The notes beneath the pieces are model-generated. The model saw only the letters and a program-made list of their open reading frames with translations. It ran no database searches and had not been told where the DNA came from. From positions 264,401-328,400 of the forward strand of contig NIVC01000955.1 in assembly GCA_002269645.1 (NCBI GenBank): a stretch of DNA of 64,000 bases. Reading direction: 5' to 3'. Source of the stretch: Macrostomum lignano. Taxonomy: Eukaryota. The translations under genes were made by a program, and so were the position numbers. Below are positions 1 to 13,200 of this stretch, piece by piece (the stretch's first letter is position 1; every line of letters starts with the position of its first letter).

Positions 1-195
1 GCTGGCCACTCTGTTGCTAGTTCCTCATCCTTGTGTCCTCAGCATAAGTGTATGATTTTTTGTATTTCATTCTCCAGTCTAGCTTGTGAGTTTGCGAATC
101 TACAGGGAAGTGAAACAGCAGTTGCATTGCAAAAAATTGAAATTATGCGTTTGCACTTGGCTTATTGAATTGCTGATTTAAGCTATAGATTGCTT

Positions 196-1413
196 CTCTA
201 GGGCGATTCTCAAGGGCGATTCTCTAGGGCGATTCTCTAGGGCGATTCTCTAGGGCGATTCTCTAGGGCGATTCTCTAGGTTGATTCTCTAGGGCGATTC
301 TCTAGGGCGATTCTCTAGGGCGATTCTCTAGGGCGATTCTCTAGGGCGATTCTCTAGGGCGATTCTCTAGGGCGATTCTCTAGAGCCGATTCTCTAGGGC
401 GATTCTCTAGGGCAATTCTCTAGGGCGATTCTCTAGGGCCATTCTCTAGGGCGATTCTCTAGGGCAATTCTCTAGGGCGATTCTCTAGGGCAATTCTCTA
501 GGGCGATTCTCTAGGGCGATTCTCTAGGGCGATTCTCTAGGGCGATTCTCTAGGGCGATTCTCTAGAGCCGATTCTTTAGGGCGATTCTCTAGGGCGATT
601 CTCTAGAGCCGATTCTCTAGGGCGATTCTCTAGGGCGATTCTCTAGAGCCGATTCTCTAGGGCGATTCTCTAGGGCGATTCTCTAGGGCGATTCTCTAGA
701 GCCGATTCTCTAGGGCGATTCTCTAGGGCGATTCTCTAGAGCCGATTCTCTAGGGCGATTCTCTAGGGCGATTCTCTAGGGCGATTCTCTAGGGCGATTC
801 TCTAGGGCGATTCTCTAGGGCGATTCTCTAGGGCGATTCTCTAGGGCGATTCTCTAGGGCGATTCTCTAGGGCGATTCTCTAGAGCCGATTCTCTAGGGC
901 GATTCTCTAGGGCAATTCTCTAGGGCGATTCTCTAGGTTGATTCTCTAGGGCGATTCTCTAGGGCAATTCTCTAGGGCGATTCTCTAGGGCAATTCTCTA
1001 GGGCGATTCTCTAGGGCGATTCTCTAGAGCGATTCTCTAGGGCGATTCTCTAGGGCGATTCTCTAGAGCCGATTCTTTAGGGCGATTCTCTAGGGCGATT
1101 CTCTAGAGCCGATTCTCTAGGGCGATTCTCTAGGGCGATTCTCTAGGGCGATTCTCTAGAGCCGATTCTCTAGGGCGATTCTCTAGGGCGATTCTCTAGA
1201 GCCGATTCTCTAGGGCGATTCTCTAGGTTGATTCTCTAGGGCGATTCTCTAGGGCGATTCTCTAGGGCGATTCTCTAGAGCCGATTCTCTAGGGCGATTC
1301 TCTAGGTTGATTCTCTAGGGCGATTCTCTAGGGCGATTCTCTAGGGCGATTCTCTAGGGCGATTCTCTAGGGCCATTCTCTAGGGCGATTCTCTAGGGCG
1401 ATTCTCTAGGGTG
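196..1413. repeat. 14-bp minisatellite (GGGCGATTCTCTA-G) with recurring variant units
   Basis: About 85 direct tandem copies; variants AGCCGATT, GTTGATT and GGCAATT recur. Confidence 0.95.
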
Positions 1414-2280
1414 ATTTTCTTGAGGCAATATCAGAGGGGCGGCGATTTTTTGGGCAATTCTGGTACACTAAGTATTTGGTGCAGACGATTCTACAATGGA
1501 TTAGTGGCACTTCTAGAAAAATGTAATTATAAAAAGATTTATAATTTTGGTGAATTGTCTCATGCAAGCGCTGGTCTGCACCCCTGCTGCAGTACAGATA
1601 GGAGAAACAGGAAAATACCGGCTTTTTCGCGGTCCTTCAGACAGGTTTCATAGCCTAATAGCTGTGAGACCAGCCCATTCAGCTGCAGCCTCCTCCCCCA
1701 TCCAAGGCCCTGATTATTCTACTCATCCAGAATGCTCACCCACACAGACCCAGCATCCCTGGCTTCATCTCTACCTTGCCTACCCCTCCCCCACCCCTCA
1801 TCTCTCGTTTCCTCTTCGCGGATGAATATTTCAAAGCCCAGCTCCCCGTTCCCCGTAAAAATGCTGAATGCCAACAGGCCTGCGGGTCCTGCAGTTTAGC
1901 TGTGTGCTTTGTTGCAAAAGCAGCAATAGCAGCAGCAGCAGAAGCAGCGGCCATGCAGAGCTGAGAGACTAAAAGAGTCCTCAAGCTGAGCCCTCGCTAT
2001 TCCTCTACTGCCCCAGCCAGTCTCTCTGCACCTGTCAATCAGGCCTTTATCGATCCGATTAACCGCCCGGTGGGCCTCAGCCAAGCCAAGCCGGGCAAAT
2101 CCATCCCGTCTTTTAGTCTACTAATTTTTACTCTGACACCTGGAGTTTCGTTTCTCCGCTGGCTATACCGGCACATTTAGACTCTAAATGCATAAGAGAT
2201 TAGTGATTGTTTCATATTTTCAGGAACAGGTGCAGGAGTCACGGAGTTGAGAAGGAAGAGAAGAGGACCGAGAACTCATA

Positions 2281-2472
2281 CACGTTCTAATCGTCAGGCA
2301 TATACACTCTCTGTACCTTGGGGGTCGGCTCTCATGGGGGGATCGCACCGCACGACAGCCCACCAGCCAATTTTCGAGCACACAAGCTCCAATGAATGCG
2401 GCTGCGAGCGGAATCGAACCCGGGGTCGTGGCGCGAGAGTCAGACGTGCTCACCGCTGAGCTGCTCTGCTCT
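2281..2472 (-). mobile_element. tRNA-derived SINE (family 1), 3'-truncated
   Basis: Minus strand reads GCAGCTCAGCGGT (A box) ...CTCTCGCGCCACGACCCCGGGTTCGATTCC (B box, tRNA-Glu(CTC)-like), then the family core GCCGACCCCCAAGGTACAGAGAGTGTATATGCC shared with six other copies in the window. Confidence 0.8.
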
Positions 2473-2521
2473 CGAAGAGACGAGGGAGGAGAAGAGTATT
2501 GGGAGAGAGATAAAGAGCAGA

Positions 2522-3051
2522 GAAACAACAACAAAACAACAACAATGACACGACAACAACAATAAAAAACCACAACACAACAACAACAACAAACCAACAA
2601 AAAACAGTAACACAAAAACAACAACAACAACAACAACAACGACAACATAAGAACAACAATATCACAACAAAAACAACAACAACAAAAAACCGACAAAAAG
2701 CAATAACAATAATGCAACATCAACAACAAAAAACAACAACACAACAAAAGCAACAACATAACAACAACAACAACACAACAAAACCAACAACAATAACAAC
2801 AACAACAACAACAACATAACAACAACAATAAAACAACAACAACAACAACAAAAGAGGCATCGAAGACCTCAGCGTGCTGTGCCAGCAACCCCGGGAGTGC
2901 TTCTCGCTGTGGAAAGACTTCCGGGAGAGAGTAAAGCTGCTGGAGAAAGAGAGGAATGATGAGGATCCACAGCAATAACAACAGCAACAACAACAAAAAC
3001 ACAACAACAACACAACAACAACAACAACAACACAACAACAACAACAATAAC

Positions 3052-3088
<37 letters not shown>

Positions 3089-3101
3089 GAAAACAACACA
3101 A
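2522..3101. repeat. Imperfect (CAA)n tracts surrounding a short unique island (2853-2975)
   Basis: Direct reading; this tract explains the poly-C/V/L ORFs on the minus strand. Confidence 0.9.
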
Positions 3102-3767
3102 AACTCCATCAGCAGCCGCACCTCTTTAATAAATCCGCAGTCATAATTCGCAAACAACATTACCAATGGTACGGGTTGGAAGCCGGGTAAAACACCCCGA
3201 CAAACCAGTTTGCAAACAGCGAAGCCTCATCATTTATGACGCAGTTTCCGACTTGGGACGCACTGAATTGGCTAAACGCGGAAAAGCCGGCCTGGAAGAC
3301 AGAGAGAAATTTTTTGCAGGAAACCAAAAATTTCAGACAGCTCACATTGTCCTGACTTGATGTCGGATATGAATGCTATTGCCGACAGGTGAGCCAAGGT
3401 AGGGGGAGGGGGTGGGGGCAGATTGCGTGAGCTCCTATCACGCTGCAGCAGTTCTGTATATTTTGGAATAGAAAACAATGACCTGACAGACTTCAACTTC
3501 CTGAGTGGCGGCGTGGGTATTTTTGCTTGGCTTTTGTTTGCTTCTCTATTTTGCTTGTGCTGAATAGTCGGCATTCAATTGGCGATGAAAGATGAAGGAC
3601 AGAAACTGGGTAACTGCGGTACCCTCGGATCGGGGAGGAAATTTAGAGATGAAAAATTAGAATAGCTTTAAATATGGGAGGAGACAGGAAATTCCATCGT
3701 GAGACAAGAGTGGAAAGAGAGAAAATAGAGCAGGGGAGCGAAGGAGAGAAGGCTGGCAGAGGGTGAG

Positions 3768-4253
3768 AGGAGAGATAGTGGGGTCAGGGGAGAGATGGTG
3801 GGATGAGGGGAGAGATAGTGGGGTGAGGGGGAGAGATAGTGGGGTGAGGGGGAGAGATAGTGGGGTGAGGGGGAGAGATAGTGGGGTGAGGGGGAGAGAT
3901 AGTGGGATGAGGGGAGAGAAAGTGGGGTGAGGGGGAGAGATAGTGGGATGAGGGGGAGAGATAGTGGGATGAGGGGGAGAGATAGTGGGGTGAGGGGGAG
4001 AGATAGTGGGATGAGGGGAGAGATGGTGGGTGAGGGGAGAGATAGTGGGGTGAGGGGAAGAGATAGTGGGGTTAGGGGAGAGATAGTGGGGTGAGGGGGA
4101 GAGATAGTGGGGTGAGGGGGAGAGATAGTGGGGTGAGGGGGAGAGATAGTGGGATGAGGAGAGAGATAGTGGGGTGAGGGGGAGAGATAGTGGAGTGAGG
4201 GGGAGAGATAGTGGGATGAGGGGAGAGATAGTGGGGTGAGGGGGGGAGATAGT
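3768..4253. repeat. ~21-bp G-rich minisatellite (GGGGGAGAGATAGTGGGGTGA)
   Basis: About 23 tandem copies. Confidence 0.95.
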
Positions 4254-4728
4254 GATGCTTTGAAGTGTAGTTGAGACACAGAGGCAGACACGTGAACATA
4301 AAGAAGAATCAAAAATCAATAAAATTGTTTAGGACGCGATTGAAGGAGCAATATATTTAAAAAAGTGAATGTCCTCAGGAAGGCGATTCCGATGGAGACT
4401 CAGTCGGTCAACGAGAGTTAGTCATGACAGAGAGGGATAAGGGCTGCGGCTGGAATGCCGGAGTCCCGCGTGCCAGCTGCCATTCAGCCAGCGGAGTCCA
4501 ACGGTCGGCGCTGATTTCCTGAACACTGGCGCTGTTTCTCGGCAATATAAAAGAAAGCCCCGCCTGCCAGCCTGTCACGCAACCGCTCTCTCAAAGGAAT
4601 GAAAATTTCCATCTTAATTCTAAATTTATGAAACATTGATTGTTATTTTCATTTCGTATTTTTACTTGTGGAAGCAATGAGCACTGGAAATAGAAGGACG
4701 CACTTCGTTTCGTGGAAAGTCAGTTACA

Positions 4729-5876
<1,148 letters not shown>

Positions 5877-6629
5877 TGTAACAAACTGACTAACAGCCAT
5901 CATTTCTGTTCCTGTGCTATTTCTTCCCCATTCGCATCCATGCGCTGATGCTTTCCTTCTCCAGGTTGTCAGTCAACGATCTGAGCTGTGTTGGCATATT
6001 TATTCACTGCCTAAGTTCCTCTGTCACTGCTCCGACCTCCTGCACACGCCGTGCATTGTCTTGAACAAATAAAAAACCCGTGAGATGTCACGGCAAGTCA
6101 AGAGGGAGCCACACAATTCCCTCAGATAATATCCGTGCACGTACTTGGAGCAGTTCTCATGCTCACGCATCCCACTTGTCAATTTTTTCGCACCCATAAT
6201 CTCCCCTGCTGCTCTGGCCCATTCGCGCCGTCAAGTGCGGTGAAAGCACCCGGTTTGGCTCCCACGACAGCCCCCCCACACTCTGTTGGGATTTTCTCCC
6301 CATCCGTTCAGCTGATTCACGCCACGCTCAGTGACAATTTGAGCTAGGAAATTTTTTTCGTGTGAATATTTGACTTTATCAGCGTCACAATCTCTACTGT
6401 CTACTTAGTGTGGTTTAGTAGTCAGTAGAGCGTTAAATAGGCTAAATAAAATACAAGTATAAGAAATAGCAAGTAGACTTCAGAGTGCATCCCAAGATTG
6501 ATGTAGGCTCTGTACATCTGAACTTTTCTTAGCTTGCGTGTCAACTTTGAATAAAGAAATACTTCTGCCCGATACTGAAGTCAATAAAACAGCTATCAAG
6601 TACGTATATGACCTGAGCGTTGGTTTTCT

Positions 6630-6965
6630 CTCTACAAGGCTTACTGGGGGAATTGCTGAGATGTCAAGGCTTACTGGGGGAATTGCTGAGATGTCAAGGC
6701 TTACTGGGGGAATTTCTGAGATGTCCAGGCTTTGGGGAATTACTGAGATGTCAGGGCTGGCGGGGGATTTCCGAGATGTGAAGGCTGACGGGGGATTGCT
6801 GAGATATCAAGGCTAATGGGGGATTGCTGAGATATCAAGGCTAATGGGGGATTGCTGAGATATCAAGGCTGACGGGGGATTGCTGAGATATCAAGGCTGA
6901 CGAGGTATTGCTGAGATGTGAAGGCTGACGGGGGATTGCTGGGATGTAGCTACATGTAGTTTATT
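6630..6965 (+). repeat. Degenerate ~25-bp repeat (TCAAGGCT..GGGGATTGCTGAGAT) related to the Helitron interior at 45480-46450
   Basis: The reverse complement matches the GCCTTGACATCTCAG repeats and the AATAAACTACATGTAGCT motif at ~45862. Confidence 0.7.
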
Positions 6966-7273
6966 CAATTTTAGGAAGTAATGCTCTGTCAATCAGCCGT
7001 ACACGCGGTCTCAGTGTCGGTGCGTTTGCGTGCCGTTGTGAGCAGAAAAATATGGTACATTGATACAGAATTGAGTTTAGCTAATTTAAAGTTCCAATGA
7101 GTACACCCGAGAGCTACAGTAGCAAGCATAGTCGCACGGGGAGGCATATCCCATTGGCTCAACTCTAGACCCAATCGTTGCACATGGGCAGAAATCCTTA
7201 TAACAAATTACTCAACAATGAAGTAAGAAGCGGATTTCAAAACCAACCATTTGTCCTCATTTCCTCATCAGAA

Positions 7274-10200
7274 ATGAAACTTCTTCTCGGGCTGCTGCTG
7301 TTGCTGCAAGTGCTGCTTCCAAGTGGACATTGCTCTAACTCGTGCAAAAGGTTTCTTTCAAGTTTTTTCGTGAATCTATTTTGTGATTCTTAGCTCACTG
7401 TGTAATAAGACAGATTTCTGGCACGGGACATGTACGTAGGATATAAAAATTAACATACGAGTCATCAGGTATCTCTGTCAAGGACTCTGTGATGAAGACA
7501 GTTTTAGATGCAAGCTTGGAATTAAACTAGAAGGATTGTCAGCACTTTGAATAAAAAACCCTGAGATGTTCTCAGCTCAAATTGTAAAACGAATTACGAG
7601 TTATGCAAGTTGTGCTTTTACTATGACGAACTGAGTATACTGCAGTTGCATGGCAGAATTCCGTGTTTCAAAATGCTATATGCATCAAAATATTTTACGA
7701 CGCGTAAGTTCAGTTGGCATATTTTCCCGCAAAAAAGCTCCTCAGTTCCAAGCTGCCAAGTGGATTCTCATTTTTTTAGATATTTGCTTGTCATCAAGCT
7801 TCGCAAATGCTACGGATGACTCCTCGGTGCTTCCATTGTCGGGCCCAAGCTGCCAGCAACTTGTTTTTAACTTTTCTTTTTTTAGGCTTTTTCAGACATC
7901 ACGCATGTCTGTGGAAAGAGGAGTTGATTTGCGGGGAAATGCTTGAGGCTGCAACAGCTGCCTCCGCATCTTCCAACCTAAAAGCTAGCTCTGCCCATGA
8001 GCTTGAGTATAGGAAAAATCGTGCACGATGCAATGAACCTCGGCAAGCTTCAATTGACGCTCTTCAACGCTCGTGGAAGGTTTTTTGCCAGTTGTTTTTG
8101 TGTTGCCTTGCGAGAGATGTTAGCTCGGGCTTGGCATGGATACAACATTCTGGAAGTGGGACGCGCGGCGCTGCAAAAGAGGCAGAGGATGCAATTCTCA
8201 TTTTGCAAACACCGTTAACGATAAATAGAATTGAAGCAATTGCGATTTGCAATTTTCTCTGAGAGATCGGCCTTTTTATCGACCAAGAAATTGTTTGACA
8301 GGATATTAATTTGAAGAAGCAGACATGAAGACACTGCTTTCATCTTCTTCAAATGGAATGCTTTATTACAAGGTTATGCACTAATTTAACTGGCTCGTAA
8401 ATTGCTTTCAGGGAGTCGGGCAGGAGGACTCCTATTTTAAATATGCTGAACGAGTTCATAGCACCGCCTCATCTCTGCACCGGTGAGTTCATTGCAGCAT
8501 CCTCATCAAGCTATTGTTTTGAGTCTAGCACTACCCGTTTAGTTGCTCTGGTAATGGGTTAGCTGAGTGCCAATTAGAAAGCAGACACCGGCCCAGGGTA
8601 TTAAGAATCTTCTATAGGACTAAAAGACAATGAAGGCAGCCATGGAAGCAATTAACATGGATCCAGGACAAGTAATTAACGCTTTTTTGAAATCCTGTTA
8701 AAAAGTCTGTATACAGATAGCCTCTCAAACACTTGCAGACAACTCTGCCAAATTTTAAGTTTCTTAATGCAGCCTTCGCAGGCTCCGGGCTTTACTCAGT
8801 AAAGATATCGAACGTGTTGCTACTCTCTCTCCAGGCCTCATCAAGACTCATTGATTTTTTTCTCCTAGATTAGGCCTTGCCTTTCACTCTATAACTTGAT
8901 CTAATAGACCCCAGTCCTGAGCGGTTCTGGCCTGCGTCCTCTCTAATGCATTCACTAAGATCACGCAGAAAAATAACGAAATCTTAATTACACGTTCAAA
9001 TTGTACAGGTCGCCCAACCGTAGTGGAAATTGGCATCTACGTGAACACGTTTGACTCTGTGAACGTCGAATCTATGGTAAATTGGTTGCTAATTTATGCT
9101 CATTTTGGTTTTAATACTTTAGCTTACCATCAACACCCTTGGATTGGTGAACCATACCTCACTAACCCTTAGCTTGGTGAGCCATACCTCACTCACTCTT
9201 AGCTTGGTGAGCCATGCCTCACACCCTGATGACTGTTCACTGTTTCACCTCGCACCATAAGTTCGGTCTTAGCTGAATAGCCCAGACAGAAGTTTAAACT
9301 GATGATGCGAGATTGAAGCAAATCAACTAAGCCCCTGGATGCAACTCCAACTGCAATGTACTGTGTAGGAAAAAGAGCAGATTCTGTACGACACTTACGG
9401 CGGACTGGACTGCCTGTCGTTTACAAATCAAACATGCAGTCCACCGACTGAGCAGGTATCAAAATTCGATACTTTTCTTCTAAATGAACAATGTGCTGAC
9501 AGTTTAAGTTGAGAAGTAAACTGAGCACTAATGCAACAAAAAGCTAGAACCCAGCGGCACGAATCGGCACGAATAACATTCCTTGGTTGGAATAAGTCTA
9601 CAAGCTATAACGCACATGAGCTGCACCGCACCAATCAGCAATGGTTATTAGCCAATTTAAAGTCTATAGGCATACCAAATGCATAGGCATACCAGTAGCG
9701 ATAAAATAGACATTGTTGCTAGTTTAGGTTTAACCTGCCACTGGTGGTTGGCAGCGGTGAGATCAAATCGACTGAGCATTGCCGACAAACCTCAGCTATA
9801 TTGAAGCTGATTGTAGGCTCTTGATGAAATAATTTCTTGTTAACTCAAGCGGAATGAGAAATACTAGGGACGCTATTGGAAAGTAGAGAGAGGGGGGAAG
9901 ACCCCCGATTCACCGACGCGCTGCACCTTCCTGAAGCCTACTCGAGACCAGCCATGCATAGATCCGCCAATCCTGGCCGATCGAGTAGAAGATGAACAGA
10001 GGAGAGGATTACTGCGACTGCTGCAGACCATACGCTCATGCCTCATCCAATATTCTATATAAGAACCTCTCAAAGGTTCTAGCTTTCCCGAGTGGAGCAT
10101 GAGACCCGTAAGCCGGTCGGACGAGAAGGCAAATCTGTCCGGTTTGCACAGTTTCTCAATCGAGTAAGAAGCCATGAAAAATCGAGATCTGGGAGTTGTT

Positions 10201-13200
10201 TTGTCGCTGCTGAATTTCTCTTTGTAGGCTTAGGTTGCAGCATGTGCACAGAGAGGAGTTGAATTCCGGTCGGTCGATCGATTGAGTGCGAGAGGATAAA
10301 GAAGACTGAGAAGTGAATGCGAACCCGATGGAAGGAAATTAAAGATGGCAAAAGAGTTTTACTTTACTTATAGAGAGAATTTTTGAAAGGAGATAAGCGC
10401 TACTTTTCAAGCAAAAAAACGTTCTAACTAGGAAGTAGGGGCCTAATTTGCATTTTTATAATCTTAGGGCATTAGAGGAGCGCTAATTATTAGCTAATGG
10501 GGAAACTATATTAGTTAGGCATGCAGCTTGATGAATGAGCCATTGGTATTTTGAAGAAAATTTAAACAAAATGCTAGCATGGGGTGTTTTCTACGATTTT
10601 AAGGCATTTTATTTGCATATAGTTGATTAATAACTTTGCCGCACTCACAGTTTCGGTTAACACTTGGACAATGCATTATCAGTACGTAAACGCGGCTGCA
10701 TCTCATATTGCATTGAATTTATTGTTTTGGACCATAAAATAACAAATAGTTAGCATTAGTACGCCAAGTTCAGGTGCAGGTCACGGGATCCAATAAAGTT
10801 ATTCTCCCAAGTGCAATTATTCTCCAGATAACTCTCTGGACCGCGGGAAAAATCATTCTAAGTAAAATAAAATGACACCAAATTCTTAATCACCAACCCC
10901 TGCCGATCGATGCATCCAGGACTACAGCATTCAGATCTTTCTGCGGCTGTCTTGGCACGACAGTCGTTTAGCGTTCAACGCCAGTGCCATCGGCAGCGGA
11001 GGCGGCTGCAGAGGCCAGAAGCAAAAGCAGCAGGAACACCAACAACAACAACCAACGGTCAACGAATCCATCGGTCTGACCGTTGATCCGCGTCTTATCG
11101 ACGAAATCTGGCTGCCAGATATAATCTTTGTGAACGAGAAGCAGGCTAAATATCACGACATTACGATACCGAACAAGCTGCTCAGAGTCAAGCCGAACGG
11201 TGATGTTTACTACTCTACCAGGTGGGTTCCCGCGTGATGCCTGCAGTTTTAACCATTTGACTGTTTATTGGCGATGTTTTAAGGATTTTAAATAACCTAA
11301 ATTAGTAATATAATGATTTTAATTAGAGGCAGGTGGATGTGTGCACCCTGGCGCACTTTAAGCGACATTGTCAACACAAATGGGCATTACTACCCATTCT
11401 GCCCACTCCCCTGAGCAGGCACACAAGCGCGCGGATACGTACGCAGTCATACGCACGGGCACACACTCACAAAGCAGTGTACAGCGGCCCTAAATTTATT
11501 TATCGTTGGGCATGTACACTTCACTGTGCCTTGGGGGTTGGGCCTCAAGGGCGTCAATTCTACGAGCAGACTCAAGCTGTTACAGTTTAAACGTTCCATC
11601 AGCTTAGTGGTTTCCTGGACGGCAGACCCACGACCCCTGATTCGATTCTGTGCGATTCTGGGGTTGGTGTGCACGAGAATTGGCTGGGGGGGGGCTGTCG
11701 TGCGGTTCACAGCCATGAGGGCCAACCCCCAAGGCACAGATAGTGTACATGCCTGCCAATTAGAAAGTCAGGGCCTCTGTACACCCTACGTGAGCGTGTG
11801 TATGAGTTCGTGCCTGCGTACAGTATTGGCGCGCTTGTAGTGCTGAGGAGTGAGCGGAATGGGCAGAATTGTGTTGAAACGATGTGGTCAAAAGCGTTGC
11901 ATGAGGGTGTCCTTGTTTTATATAACATGGCAAACACAGTCGCGTACATTATTTACATGGAGTTTTACTGCATTGTGTGGTAATTATGGTAACTACAGTA
12001 GAATAATAATATGAATATCTACCTTGCTAGTTACTTAGTCACTGCCCAAACGCCACGTCTTTGCAGAATCAGCCTCAGGCTTGGCTGCCACATGGCCCTC
12101 TACCGATTCCCATTGGACACGCAGGTCTGCGAGATCAACATGGAAAGCTGTGAGTTCTAACTGCTGTTTTAGTAAAAGAATTTATTTCTGTTTTCATTTG
12201 GCAGACTTTCCTGTGTTTATAGATCGGTTCACAAAACAGGAGCTGATTCTTCAATGGCGCAAATCTAAACCGTTTGAAGTGAACAAAGACTTTCACCTGC
12301 CGCAGTTTGTGCTTACTAGCTGGAATACATCCAATTGCGACATACAGTACTTGTCGGGTGAGTAACCTTTGGGGTGTCAAACTGTGATGATTTTTAAATT
12401 TGAGGATATAAACTTTGGTGATGTTTAATTTTGAGGATATTCAACTTTGAGTTTGAGGATGTTTAACTTTGAGGATGTTTAACTTTGAGGATGTTTAACT
12501 TTGAGGATATAAACTTTGGTGATGTTTAATTTTGAGGATGTTTAACTTTGAGGATGTTCAACTTTGAGTTTGAGGATGTTTAACTTTGAGGATATAAACT
12601 TTGGTGATGTTTAATTTTGAGGATGTTTAACTTTGAGGATGTTCAACTTTGAGTTTGAGGATGTTTAACTTTGAGGATGTTTAACTTTGAGGATATTTAA
12701 CTTTGAGGATGTTTAACATTGAGGATGTTTAAATTTGAGGATCTAAACTCCAAGACAATGATACTCCATTGTAGTAATTATAGTAAAATCCAGATACAAC
12801 ACTAATTCGCAGAACTAAATGAGACTACTAAGCATTCAAAGCATTGCCGGCCTCTCAGTCTATTGATATCATCTGTAAGCACTTGCAGTCAGCTGACTGA
12901 CGGACATTAAGGAGCTAAAAGGGACAACTGACTGCCAGTTCAATGCATAGTCATACATAGTATTATCGATGTAGGCTAGTTTCTACCATTGCTAGTGAAA
13001 ATGTATACGACCAACTAAAACAAAAGGGAATGCGAGACGGAAAAAGCATTTCCGTAGCAACGGGAGTCGGCTGCGGTTCCAATGTAAATGGAAGCCATCA
13101 ATCTTTGCACTATACAGTGCATCAATACATTGTATTGAACAATGAATACAATAGTTTGCTAGATTTGATCCTTTGATCAGGAATGTGTCGGGACGGACAG

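Noticed and set aside
7807-8262. 151-aa ORF in receptor intron 1
   Set aside because: Possibly a decayed transposon fragment, but it has no motif I can name and no boundaries.
9736-9770. TGGCAGCGGTGAGATC resembling a tRNA-Leu PBS
   Set aside because: Interrupted match with no adjacent LTR end (..CA).
11317-11920. Single MITE with long TIRs
   Set aside because: The arms are two separate SINE copies of different subfamilies, and each arm occurs alone elsewhere in the window.
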